From positions 1 through 39,106 of the forward strand of contig CAXNDN010000001.1 of the NCBI GenBank assembly GCA_964201295.1: a stretch of DNA of 39,106 nt, in the 5' to 3' direction. Position 1 is the stretch's first letter. Each line of letters opens with the position of its first letter. Both the position numbers and the translations under genes were made by a program. The notes beneath the pieces are model-generated. The model made no database searches. It was not told the origin of the DNA and worked only from the letters and a program-made list of their open reading frames with translations. Shown here one piece after another: positions 31,213 through 39,106 of the stretch. This stretch comes from Candidatus Planktophila sp. GTDB lineage: Bacteria > Actinomycetota > Actinomycetes > Nanopelagicales > Nanopelagicaceae.

Positions 31213-31695
31213 CTAAGCTCCTATCGGTGAGATATTACGAATTGAAAGAATGACAGCAATTGATGCTGCAACCACAATAGCGCTATCTGCCAAGTTAAAT
31301 ACCGGCCAATTCGGCAGTTGAATCCAATCAATTACATGTCCTGTGAAGAAGCCAGGGCTGCGAAAAATACGATCGGTGAGATTTCCGAGGATTCCACCTA
31401 AGGCCAGTCCTAGAACGATCGACCAACCAAAAGAGGTAATCTTTATTGAGTAGTAGGCAATTGCGGCAACAACTAAAATCGCAAATATTGTGAAAATAAC
31501 TGTCGCACCCTGCGCCAAACTAAAGGCTGCTCCAGAGTTCTTAAGCAGAGTCAACTGGAGAAAGTCGCCCAGCAATTTAACGGGGTTACGCGAATCAAGT
31601 GAATTAAGAGCCCAACTCTTAGTTGCAAAATCTAGAAGCCAGATCGCCCACGCGATCGCATAAAGTCTCTTCCAGTGTGTAGAAAGTTGGCGCAC
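31213..31695 (-). CDS. lspA: Lipoprotein signal peptidase (SPase II)
   Basis: D..TK, NSGAAFS, GGILGNLTDR, VIDWI, PVFNLADSAI. Confidence 0.96.
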   Translation of the reverse strand: MRQLSTHWKRLYAIAWAIWLLDFATKSWALNSLDSRNPVKLLGDFLQLTLLKNSGAAFSLAQGATVIFTIFAILVVAAIAYYSIKITSFGWSIVLGLALGGILGNLTDRIFRSPGFFTGHVIDWIQLPNWPVFNLADSAIVVAASIAVILSIRNISPIGA

Positions 31696-31696
31696 T

Positions 31697-32485
31697 TTAG
31701 CGCCGCTCTTCCTTCTGCTTGCAGATCATGCAGAGGGTTGCCCGAGGGAAAACTTGTAAACGCGCCTTACCGATCGCATTGCCACATTCTTCACAGCTTC
31801 CATAAGTCTTACTGTCGATGCGATCTAGCGCGCGCTCTGTCTGCAAAACCATATCGCGGGCATTTATGACAAGAGACATTTCGTGTTCACGCTCGAAGGT
31901 TTTAGTTCCGGAATCTGCTTGATCATCGCCGGCGCCTTCACCTGAATCTGAAATTAACTCATTCATTTCCGCTTCCACAACTGCGAGCTCTCGCTGCAGG
32001 CGCGCTAAATCTTTGGCAATCTCAGTACGAATCGCCTTCAACTCTGCTGCAGTCCACGGCGCTTCACCATCACTTGCGGTAACTGGAGTTGGGGCCGCTT
32101 TAATTGGTTTCAGTGGAGCAACTTTCTTTCCACTCTTAACTGGGCGCGGTGGCGGGGGCATTACTAGGCGACGCTCTTCAATTACAGGAGTTGTAACGGG
32201 GGCGACAACTGTTGCGACGCTAACTGTCTGTGATTTCTCATCAACGGTAAGAGTGGTCTTGCCAACTTTAGAAGGAAAGGGGCGACCCGGTGCTTTCTTA
32301 ACTGGTGCTTTCTTAACTGGAGCTTTTTTAGCAGGCGCTTTCTTAACTGGAGCTTTTTTAGCAGGCGCTTTCTTTGCGGGAGACTTCTTCGCAGGAGCCT
32401 TCTTCGCTACCTTTTTAGCCGCTTTCTTAGCAGGGGCTTTTTTAGCTACGCCCTTTTTGGCTACGGCTTTCTTTTTTGCTGGCAC
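31697..32485 (-). CDS. dksA: TraR/DksA C4 zinc-finger protein with N-terminal Lys/Ala/Pro-rich (histone H1-like) tail
   Basis: C-terminal coiled coil with DQADSG tip, YGSCEECG..IGKARL...P.ATLCMICK. The start is either GTG 32485 (TAAGGT-7 nt-GTG, leaderless-type) or GTG 32530. Confidence 0.85.
   Translation of the reverse strand: MPAKKKAVAKKGVAKKAPAKKAAKKVAKKAPAKKSPAKKAPAKKAPVKKAPAKKAPVKKAPVKKAPGRPFPSKVGKTTLTVDEKSQTVSVATVVAPVTTPVIEERRLVMPPPPRPVKSGKKVAPLKPIKAAPTPVTASDGEAPWTAAELKAIRTEIAKDLARLQRELAVVEAEMNELISDSGEGAGDDQADSGTKTFEREHEMSLVINARDMVLQTERALDRIDSKTYGSCEECGNAIGKARLQVFPRATLCMICKQKEERR
32291..32374. repeat. In-frame 15/30-bp tandem repeats encoding (P-A/V-K-K-A)n
   Basis: GCTTTCTTAACTGGAGCTTTTTTAGCAGGC occurs exactly twice (32307-32336, 32337-32366). 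TGCTTTCTTAACTGG occurs twice (32291-32305, 32306-32320). Confidence 0.9.
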
Positions 32486-32615
32486 GCCGCGCACCTTATG
32501 CTCTTTTACCGCTAAGACCAACTTTGCCACTCTGATCGACTGTAATTTCTTACCTAACTCGTGCCGATTTGCCTGCGCTATCTCAAAGACCTGCGGGCGT
32601 TAGACTCTCCTTCTT

Positions 32616-35600
32616 ATGACAATTCGTCCAGTTCCTGCTCAAATCGACCTTCCTGCAATGGAGCGTTCGATTATGGAATTTTGGCGCAAACACTCCATTT
32701 TTGAAGCTAGCACCGCCGCTCGTCAGAGTGGTCAGCCATGGACTTTCTATGAAGGTCCACCGACTGCAAATGGAATGCCAGGTACGCACCATATTGAGGC
32801 CCGTGTATTTAAAGATGTCTTCCCGCGTTATCAGACGATGAAAGGCAAGTACGTTACTCGCAAGGCTGGGTGGGATTGCCACGGACTTCCAGTTGAGATT
32901 GCAGTCGAGAAAGAGTTAGGTTTTACAGGTAAGGGCGATATTGAAAAATATGGAATCGCTGCCTTCAACGATAAATGCCGCGATTCAGTAACTCGCCACG
33001 TCGATGCCTTTACAACTATGACCAATCGCATGGGTTTCTGGGTCGACTTCGATCAGGCTTATTGGACGATGGCTCCCGAATATGTTGAAAGTGTTTGGTG
33101 GAGTTTAAAAGAGATCTGGAAGAAAGGTCTCTTGGTTCAAGATCATCGAGTTGCTCCATATTGTCCACGTTGTGGAACCGGGCTCTCAGATCACGAATTA
33201 GCCCAAGGTTACGAGACAGTTACTGATCCATCTGTTTACGTGCGCTTTCCAGTTACATCAGGTGAGCTAGCCGATCTTGGCGCTGCGCTTTTGGTTTGGA
33301 CAACTACTCCTTGGACGCTGGTTTCAAATACCGCAATCGCAGTCAACCCAGAAGTTGATTATGTAGTTGTTGAAGTTAGACCTGAAGATGAAGCGGACGA
33401 GAGCCAAGAGGTATTAGTAGTTGCAGAGCCGCTCATTTCATCACTTTCTGGCAAAGTTAAGATTTTAAAGGCTATTAAAGGTAAGGATCTGGAGCGCGTT
33501 ACCTATAAACGCCCCTTAGATTTAATTGATATACCTGACTCTCACTTTGTTGTACTGGCCAACTATGTAACCACTGAAGATGGCACTGGCCTAGTCCACC
33601 AATCCCCCGCTTTCGGAGCAGATGACCTAGCGGTCTGTCGCGCTTATGGTTTGCCGGTTGTAAATCCAATTGCACCGGATGGAAAATTTTTGAGTGAAGT
33701 GCCTCTGGTCGGTGGCCTCTTCTTTAAAGATGCTGACAAGACTTTAGTTAAAGAGTTGAAATCTCGCGGTGTTCTATATAAGCATCAGCCATACGAGCAC
33801 CCTTACCCACACTGCTGGCGCTGCCACACCGCTCTTATTTATTATGCGCAACCATCTTGGTATATCCGCACGACATCTATTAAAGATGAGTTGATTCGTG
33901 AAAATAACCAGACGAATTGGCATCCGGAGACAATTAAAACTGGGCGATACGGCGATTGGTTAAATAACAATATTGACTGGGCCTTATCGCGTAACCGCTA
34001 TTGGGGTACTCCCCTGCCAATCTGGCGTTGTGAAGAAAAGCACGAAGTCTGCGTTGATTCACTTAAAGAGTTGGGGGCTCTAGCTGGCAAAGAGCTCTCT
34101 AACTTAGATCCACACCGCCCATTTGTAGATGACATCACCTTCCCTTGCGCAACGTGTGCCAAGGAGATGGTGCGCGTTCCAGAGGTAATCGATTGTTGGT
34201 ATGACTCTGGCGCAATGCCATTTGCACAGTGGGGCTATCCACATAAGCCAGGTTCGGTTGAGAAATTTAAAGCAGCCTATCCTGCTGACTTTATCTGCGA
34301 AGCAATTGATCAGACTCGCGGTTGGTTCTATACCTTAATGACGATCGGCACTTTGGTCTTTGATAAATCTTCATATAAGAGCGTGCTCTGCTTGGGCCAT
34401 ATCTTGGATAAAGATGGTCGCAAGATGAGTAAGCATCTTGGAAATGTAATTGAGCCAATTGCGCTTATGGATCAGCACGGCGCCGATGCGGTGCGTTGGT
34501 ACATGTTGGCGGCGGGATCACCTTGGTCGGCTCGTCGCGTCGGCCATGATGCGATCAGCGATGTTGTTCGCAAAACTTTACTTACCTACTGGAACACAAT
34601 CTCTTTCCACACTTTATATGCGCAATCTTCTAACTTTGATATCTCTCAGATTCCAGAGGTAAAGGATCGCTCAATGATGGATCATTGGATCCTGAGCGAG
34701 TTAAATTCTTTAATCGCAGAAGTCGATCTTGCCTACTCTGAATTTGATTCACAAAGTGCAGGCAAAGCGCTAGCTCGCTTTATCGATGACTTATCGAATT
34801 GGTATGTGCGTCGCTCGCGCCGCCGTTTCTGGGATGGCGATGTTGCAGCCCTGGGAACGCTGCACGAATGTCTGGTAACTCTTACTCAATTACTCTCACC
34901 AATGGTTCCTTTTATTACCGAACATGCCTGGCAAGAAGTTGTTAAACCAGCAGATGCAAGTGCTGCCGATTCGGTTCATTTAACTAATTTTCCAATCACA
35001 GATAAGGCGCTAATCAACCTTGAACTCAATGCGCAGGTAGCAATGACTCGCCGCGTCGTTGAGTTAGGACGCGCGGCCCGCGCAGAATCTGCAATCAAGA
35101 TCCGCCAGCCTTTGCAGCGTGCGCTAATTTCCGCTCCCGGCTGGGCGAAGCTACCAAGTGATATGCGCGAGCAGATCGCTGATGAGTTAAATGTGATTGA
35201 CCTCGCCGATATCGCAGATGCCGATGGAGACCTAGTAAATATCTCAGTTAAAGCAAACTTTAAATCACTCGGTGCCAAATACGGTAAAGAGGTGCAAGAG
35301 ATTTCTAAGGCGATCACCAGCACTGATGCAACAGCGTTAGTTAAAACACTTCGCACGACTGGTACAACCAAGGTTGCTACTTGGGAAATTGAACTCGGTG
35401 ATTTGGTGATCACGGAAGTACCAAAGAGCGGCTGGATGGTAGCTAGCCACGAGGGTGAATCTGTGGCCCTTGATTTGGCGCTTAGCCAATCACTGATCGA
35501 TGCTGGCAATGTGCGCGAGGTAATTCGCTATATCCAGGAGCGCCGTAAAGGTGATGGCTTTGATATTTCTGATCGCATTAAAGTTCGCTGGAACGCAGAT

Positions 35601-35738
35601 GCTGCAATAGTTGCTGCGATTAGCAAATCAGCATCTCATATCAGCGATGAAGTTCTAGCCGTTGAATTTACACACGATCAGAGCCTGCCCACTGGCGATA
35701 ATGAACTGCAGATTAACGCGGTCTTAATTAAATCTTGA
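32616..35738 (+). CDS. ileS: Isoleucine--tRNA ligase, type 2 (IleRS2)
   Basis: FYEGPPTANGMPGTHH, GWDCHGLP, WTTTPWTL, GTGLVH, DWALSRNRYWGTP, DQTRGWFY, KMSKHLGN. The long type-2 C-terminus lacks the type-1 terminal Zn finger. Confidence 0.97.
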   Translation: MTIRPVPAQIDLPAMERSIMEFWRKHSIFEASTAARQSGQPWTFYEGPPTANGMPGTHHIEARVFKDVFPRYQTMKGKYVTRKAGWDCHGLPVEIAVEKELGFTGKGDIEKYGIAAFNDKCRDSVTRHVDAFTTMTNRMGFWVDFDQAYWTMAPEYVESVWWSLKEIWKKGLLVQDHRVAPYCPRCGTGLSDHELAQGYETVTDPSVYVRFPVTSGELADLGAALLVWTTTPWTLVSNTAIAVNPEVDYVVVEVRPEDEADESQEVLVVAEPLISSLSGKVKILKAIKGKDLERVTYKRPLDLIDIPDSHFVVLANYVTTEDGTGLVHQSPAFGADDLAVCRAYGLPVVNPIAPDGKFLSEVPLVGGLFFKDADKTLVKELKSRGVLYKHQPYEHPYPHCWRCHTALIYYAQPSWYIRTTSIKDELIRENNQTNWHPETIKTGRYGDWLNNNIDWALSRNRYWGTPLPIWRCEEKHEVCVDSLKELGALAGKELSNLDPHRPFVDDITFPCATCAKEMVRVPEVIDCWYDSGAMPFAQWGYPHKPGSVEKFKAAYPADFICEAIDQTRGWFYTLMTIGTLVFDKSSYKSVLCLGHILDKDGRKMSKHLGNVIEPIALMDQHGADAVRWYMLAAGSPWSARRVGHDAISDVVRKTLLTYWNTISFHTLYAQSSNFDISQIPEVKDRSMMDHWILSELNSLIAEVDLAYSEFDSQSAGKALARFIDDLSNWYVRRSRRRFWDGDVAALGTLHECLVTLTQLLSPMVPFITEHAWQEVVKPADASAADSVHLTNFPITDKALINLELNAQVAMTRRVVELGRAARAESAIKIRQPLQRALISAPGWAKLPSDMREQIADELNVIDLADIADADGDLVNISVKANFKSLGAKYGKEVQEISKAITSTDATALVKTLRTTGTTKVATWEIELGDLVITEVPKSGWMVASHEGESVALDLALSQSLIDAGNVREVIRYIQERRKGDGFDISDRIKVRWNADAAIVAAISKSASHISDEVLAVEFTHDQSLPTGDNELQINAVLIKS

Positions 35739-35752
35739 AGCGCGGTATGCGC

Positions 35753-36034
35753 TTACAGAACGACGACTATTACACCCTTGAGCAGACTGATTGCAATTAG
35801 CAGCACGATAAAAGATAGATCCAGCGAAACGCCACCTAGGCGAAGTGGTGGCACAAATCGTCCAACAAATTTCATTGGAGGGTCGGTGATTGCATAGATA
35901 AATTCGAAGAAGGCGATCAAGAATGAATTGGGGCGCCAATTGCGCGCAAATATTCGCACGTAATCAATGATCAGGCGAATAAAGAGCGCATATTTAAATA
36001 GGTCAAGTAACGTTAATAACAAATTAGCGATCAT
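35753..36034 (-). CDS. yggT: YggT/YlmG (SepG) family membrane protein
   Basis: Y..TDPP....R.VPPLRLGGVSLDLS motif, located after sepF. Confidence 0.9.
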   Translation of the reverse strand: MIANLLLTLLDLFKYALFIRLIIDYVRIFARNWRPNSFLIAFFEFIYAITDPPMKFVGRFVPPLRLGGVSLDLSFIVLLIAISLLKGVIVVVL

Positions 36035-36059
36035 CTAAATTTAACTACTTCGCTAGATA

Positions 36060-36527
36060 TTATGACTGGTTAAAGAAACTAGCTTGCGCTGCCGCAGTCT
36101 TATCTTCGCTGCTCACATTGACGTTGGCAGGTGAGAGAAGAAATACCTTATGGCTTACGCGCTCAATGCGACCGTGCAGTCCGAAAACTAAACCGCTCGC
36201 AAAGTCGACTAGGCGCTTGCGCTCTGACTCTTCCATGTCATCAAGATTAATGATTACTGGATTACCTTCACGGTAATGCTCACCCATCTTGCGTGCTTCG
36301 CTATATGAGCGAGGTTGCAAAGTGATGATGTGATAATTCGCTTCTGGTTGTGTAGAAGGTGCAACGCCAATTGTTGAACCCACGACTGTAACTCCGGCGC
36401 GATCGCGTGATGGTCGTGAGACTTCGCGCGATGGACGTTCTGAGCGGACTGGAGTTGCTTCACTGTTGGCTTCTTCATCGGTATCTACGAGTCCGAGATA
36501 GCCCATCATTTTATTGAGTGCTGACAT
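36060..36527 (-). CDS. sepF: Cell division protein SepF
   Basis: N-terminal amphipathic helix (M...KMMGYLGL), PRSYSEA, PVIINL, RLVDFASGL, VFLLSP. Confidence 0.95.
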   Translation of the reverse strand: MSALNKMMGYLGLVDTDEEANSEATPVRSERPSREVSRPSRDRAGVTVVGSTIGVAPSTQPEANYHIITLQPRSYSEARKMGEHYREGNPVIINLDDMEESERKRLVDFASGLVFGLHGRIERVSHKVFLLSPANVNVSSEDKTAAAQASFFNQS

Positions 36528-36536
36528 AGGTAAAGG

Positions 36537-37223
36537 TTAGGGGTGATATGCGCGTGAACCGAGGATTTGGCTACCTACCCGCAGATGTGTCGCGCCATTG
36601 GCTATCGCTACTTCAAAGTCTGAACTCATCCCCGCGGATAAGAGAAGAGCCTTGGGGAAAGTGGCGATAAATCTTTGATGGATATCGGCGATATCCGAGA
36701 AGGCGCATTGATGTTCAAGTGAAACAGGTGGAACACACATTAGCCCCGCTAATTTTATATTTGGCAGATCGGAGACCTTCTCCGCAAGGGCGAAGATTTC
36801 TGCTGCAACTACTCCTCCACGCTCTGGAGCGCCATCTAGCGATAGTTGAAGAAAGATCGAAATATCTTTACCTAATTCGGTACAGATTCGCGACAACTTC
36901 TCAGCATGTGCTCGCGAATCTATTGAATGTATAAAGGTTGCCCAGCCTGCAATATCGCGTAGTTTTCTACTCTGTACCTTTCCTTGGAAGTGCCAAGTGC
37001 CTGATACTTGGGAAGACTTTTCAGCACCTTCCTCGCTGCGATTCTCACCAAAATTATTTACACCCAAACTCTGTAATATCGTGGCATCACTAACCGGATG
37101 AGTCTTGGTGACGGCGATTAAAGTAATTTCACTGCGCTTTCGACCAGCAGATTCAGCCGCTGCGGCGATCCGCGCTTCAACGCTACTGAGTGCATCTGCA
37201 ATTTCATCTGCGCGCGATTTCAT
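36537..37223 (-). CDS. yggS: PLP homeostasis protein YggS/PROSC (YlmE)
   Basis: LIAVTKT, FGEN, WHFQG..QS.K, GLMC, LSAGMS.D...AI..GAT.LRVG. Confidence 0.93.
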   Translation of the reverse strand: MKSRADEIADALSSVEARIAAAAESAGRKRSEITLIAVTKTHPVSDATILQSLGVNNFGENRSEEGAEKSSQVSGTWHFQGKVQSRKLRDIAGWATFIHSIDSRAHAEKLSRICTELGKDISIFLQLSLDGAPERGGVVAAEIFALAEKVSDLPNIKLAGLMCVPPVSLEHQCAFSDIADIHQRFIATFPKALLLSAGMSSDFEVAIANGATHLRVGSQILGSRAYHP

Positions 37224-37885
37224 AGACTCACTAGCCCCGCTTGTCTTCCGGTTACGCCATCACGACGATATGAGAAGAGTGCGGGATCTTCTACTGTGCA
37301 TCTGTTTTCACTAGAATTCATCGAAACACCAACGCTCTTCAGAACTCCATAAAGAGCTTTAGGTAAATCAAGTGCGAGTGAACCTGAAGCGGTCCGTGCA
37401 TCTGCTGATGGAAATTGCGAGATCACCTCTTGATGAATATCTGCGGAGACTTCATAACAACTGCCGCAGATTGCTGGTCCAATGGTTGCAGAAATATCTT
37501 GTGCCCCCATCTCGCGCATTAAGTCTATTGTTTTGATTGCTATTTGATTTACCAATCCGCGCCTTCCCACATGCACGGCGGCAACTGCTTCTTGCGAAGT
37601 CAATAAGAGTGGGATGCAGTCGGCAACCATAACCGCCAAGGTAATTCCAGGGATGCCAGTTATAAGCGCATCAACGGTAGGTGGCTCTTCAGTAATCCCT
37701 TCAATTATCGCGATCCGATTGCCGTGGACTTGGTTCATAAATTGCACGGGGCCAAGTAACTCTGCGATTACTTCACGATTGCGCAAAACATCAGCTGGAG
37801 AATCACCAACGTGGCCACCTAAATTAAGCGATGAGTAAACCCCCAGGCTTGCACCGCCGTGGCGGTTGGTAAATTTAACCGGCAT
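37220..37885 (-). CDS. pgeF: Peptidoglycan editing factor PgeF/YfiH (purine nucleoside phosphorylase-like, YlmD)
   Basis: SLNLG.HVGD, QVHG, ADCIP, H.G.RG, IGPAICG.CYEV, FSYRR...TGRQ. Confidence 0.93.
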   Translation of the reverse strand: MPVKFTNRHGGASLGVYSSLNLGGHVGDSPADVLRNREVIAELLGPVQFMNQVHGNRIAIIEGITEEPPTVDALITGIPGITLAVMVADCIPLLLTSQEAVAAVHVGRRGLVNQIAIKTIDLMREMGAQDISATIGPAICGSCYEVSADIHQEVISQFPSADARTASGSLALDLPKALYGVLKSVGVSMNSSENRCTVEDPALFSYRRDGVTGRQAGLVSL

Positions 37886-37918
37886 TGCTAACTCACTCGC
37901 AGATAGTGTGCGGCGCAG

Positions 37919-39049
37919 TTACTTCATAAAATCAGGAACATCGATCTCATCTTCGGCGACGAGATCTTCGAAAGTAACGCGCTTGCGAGGGGCGGTGTCA
38001 TCAAGATCGAGTGCAACCGAGATGGGATCATTTGAAGGAATCGGATCAGCGATACCAGTCAGTGCGGAGGCGTCGATTACCGGCATCGAAACCTTCTTTG
38101 GTTGGCCGCCATCAAAACCCGCTGCAATAACCGTCACGCGCACTTCATCCCCGAGAGCATCGTCAATGGTTGTTCCGAAGATAATTCGAGCATTTGGATG
38201 CGCAGCAGCTTGTACGAGTTCGCAAGCTTCATTAATTTCAAAGAGGCCAAGATCTGATCCACCGGCGACAGAGAGAAGTACTCCCATTGCGCCATCAATT
38301 GATGCTTCGAGAAGCGGACTAGAAATTGCTAACTCGGCTGCGCGAATTGCGCGATTCTCACCGCGCGCAGATCCAATTCCCATCAACGCTGAACCTGCAT
38401 CAGTCATTACTGTCTTAACATCTGCAAAGTCCAAGTTGATTAATCCTGGCTGAGTAATTATCTCGGTAATTCCTTGTACGCCCGAAAGTAAGACTTGATC
38501 AGCGGTCTTAAATGCATCTACTGCAGTTATATTGCGATCTGAAATTGCCAAGAGTCGATCATTCGGAATAACAATTAAGGTATCAACTTCAGCACGCAAG
38601 AGTTCAATGCCTTCATCTGCTTGTGCTGAACGAATTTTTCCTTCAAAAGAAAATGGGCGTGTAACAACGCCGATAGTAAGTGCACCTAGATCACGAGCGA
38701 TCTTTGCAACGATTGGCGCACCACCTGTTCCGGTACCACCGCCTTCACCTGCAGTAACGAAGACCATGTCTGCACCGCGTAAAATTTCTTCCATATCTTC
38801 AGTGTGATCTATCGCTGCTTGTCTTCCTTTTTCAGGAGCAGCGCCAGCGCCAAGACCTTTTGTGGAAGCGCGACCGATATCTAATTTCACATCGGCATCA
38901 CTCATCAATAGATGTTGTGCATCAGTGTTAATTGCAATGAACTCAACGCCCTTCAAACCAACATCAATCATGCGATTGATTGCGTTAACTCCACCGCCAC
39001 CAATTCCAACTACTTTGATAACAGCTAAATAATTCTGTGGTGCAGCCAC
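37919..39049 (-). CDS. ftsZ: Cell division protein FtsZ
   Basis: [13 protein letters not shown], tubulin signature GGGTGTG, INLDFAD, C-terminal [11 protein letters not shown] start at 39049 with AGGAGG at 39055-39060. Confidence 0.98.
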   Translation of the reverse strand: MAAPQNYLAVIKVVGIGGGGVNAINRMIDVGLKGVEFIAINTDAQHLLMSDADVKLDIGRASTKGLGAGAAPEKGRQAAIDHTEDMEEILRGADMVFVTAGEGGGTGTGGAPIVAKIARDLGALTIGVVTRPFSFEGKIRSAQADEGIELLRAEVDTLIVIPNDRLLAISDRNITAVDAFKTADQVLLSGVQGITEIITQPGLINLDFADVKTVMTDAGSALMGIGSARGENRAIRAAELAISSPLLEASIDGAMGVLLSVAGGSDLGLFEINEACELVQAAAHPNARIIFGTTIDDALGDEVRVTVIAAGFDGGQPKKVSMPVIDASALTGIADPIPSNDPISVALDLDDTAPRKRVTFEDLVAEDEIDVPDFMK

Positions 39050-39067
39050 AAGTTCCTCCTTTAGAAC

Positions 39068-39092
39068 TGTAAACCTCAACTTGAGAATTACA
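39068..39092. promoter_or_regulatory. Imperfect 25-bp palindrome upstream of ftsZ; candidate transcription-factor operator
   Basis: TGTAA-AC-CTCAA-C-TTGAG-AA-TTACA, located just upstream of the ftsZ ribosome-binding site. Confidence 0.55.
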
Positions 39093-39106
39093 TTTCTACT
39101 CTCTTT

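Noticed and set aside
32291-32374. Tandem 30-bp repeats as a possible CRISPR array
   Set aside because: The repeats are contiguous with no unique spacers, are in-frame coding sequence, and have no cas genes nearby.
32013-32603. 196-aa plus-strand ORF with (GAFLT/A) hydrophobic repeats, superficially like a membrane or pentapeptide-repeat protein
   Set aside because: It is the reverse-complement reading of the dksA PAKKA repeats (AAA/AAG read as TTT/CTT), with no independent evidence.
190-38807. Numerous 60-200 aa antisense or alternate-frame ORFs in the track (e.g. 5019-5471, 10250-10732, 21756-22334, 27948-28430, 34976-35509, 37866-38453)
   Set aside because: They lie within or opposite well-conserved housekeeping genes, lack recognisable motifs or start signals, and are expected shadows of codon structure.
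1-39106. A novel multi-gene system (defence, retron, toxin or biosynthetic cluster)
   Set aside because: Essentially all coding space is explained by recognisable core genes in typical actinobacterial order. No unexplained large ORF or long non-coding tract remains.

Overview
Gene-dense, streamlined actinobacterial core-genome segment. GC is moderate by eye, intergenic spacers are tiny and many genes overlap. Gene order and protein sequences suggest a freshwater acI/Nanopelagicales-type lineage, which is an inference. Left to right it holds: the 3' end of a PaaI/hotdog thioesterase; a branched-chain amino-acid-type ABC transporter (livHMGF on +, convergent lipoprotein livK on -); ANTAR response regulator pdtaR directly behind a short-arm tRNA-Leu(CAA); pyk; gltBD; VIT1/CCC1; lgt; a DsbA and MauE/DoxX pair; a joined his-trp cluster (hisDCBH-priA-hisF-hisI-trpE-small membrane ORF-trpCBA); dnaE, rluD and lspA; a DksA with a histone-H1-like tail; a divergent type-2 ileS; and the end of the dcw cluster (ftsZ-pgeF-yggS-sepF-yggT). 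I see no mobile element, CRISPR array, prophage or defence island, and I cannot support a wholly new multi-gene system. The most notable observations are: (1) the pdtaR start codon lies 1 nt after the tRNA discriminator base, where CCA would be; (2) divIVA/wag31 is absent from its usual position; (3) IleRS2 carries the GxHH signature and lacks a T-box; (4) many genes show leaderless promoters, several of which reuse the upstream stop codon as the TA of the -10 box; (5) an unannotated 57-aa miniature Trp-operon membrane protein; (6) candidate RNA switches in the livK and gltB leaders.
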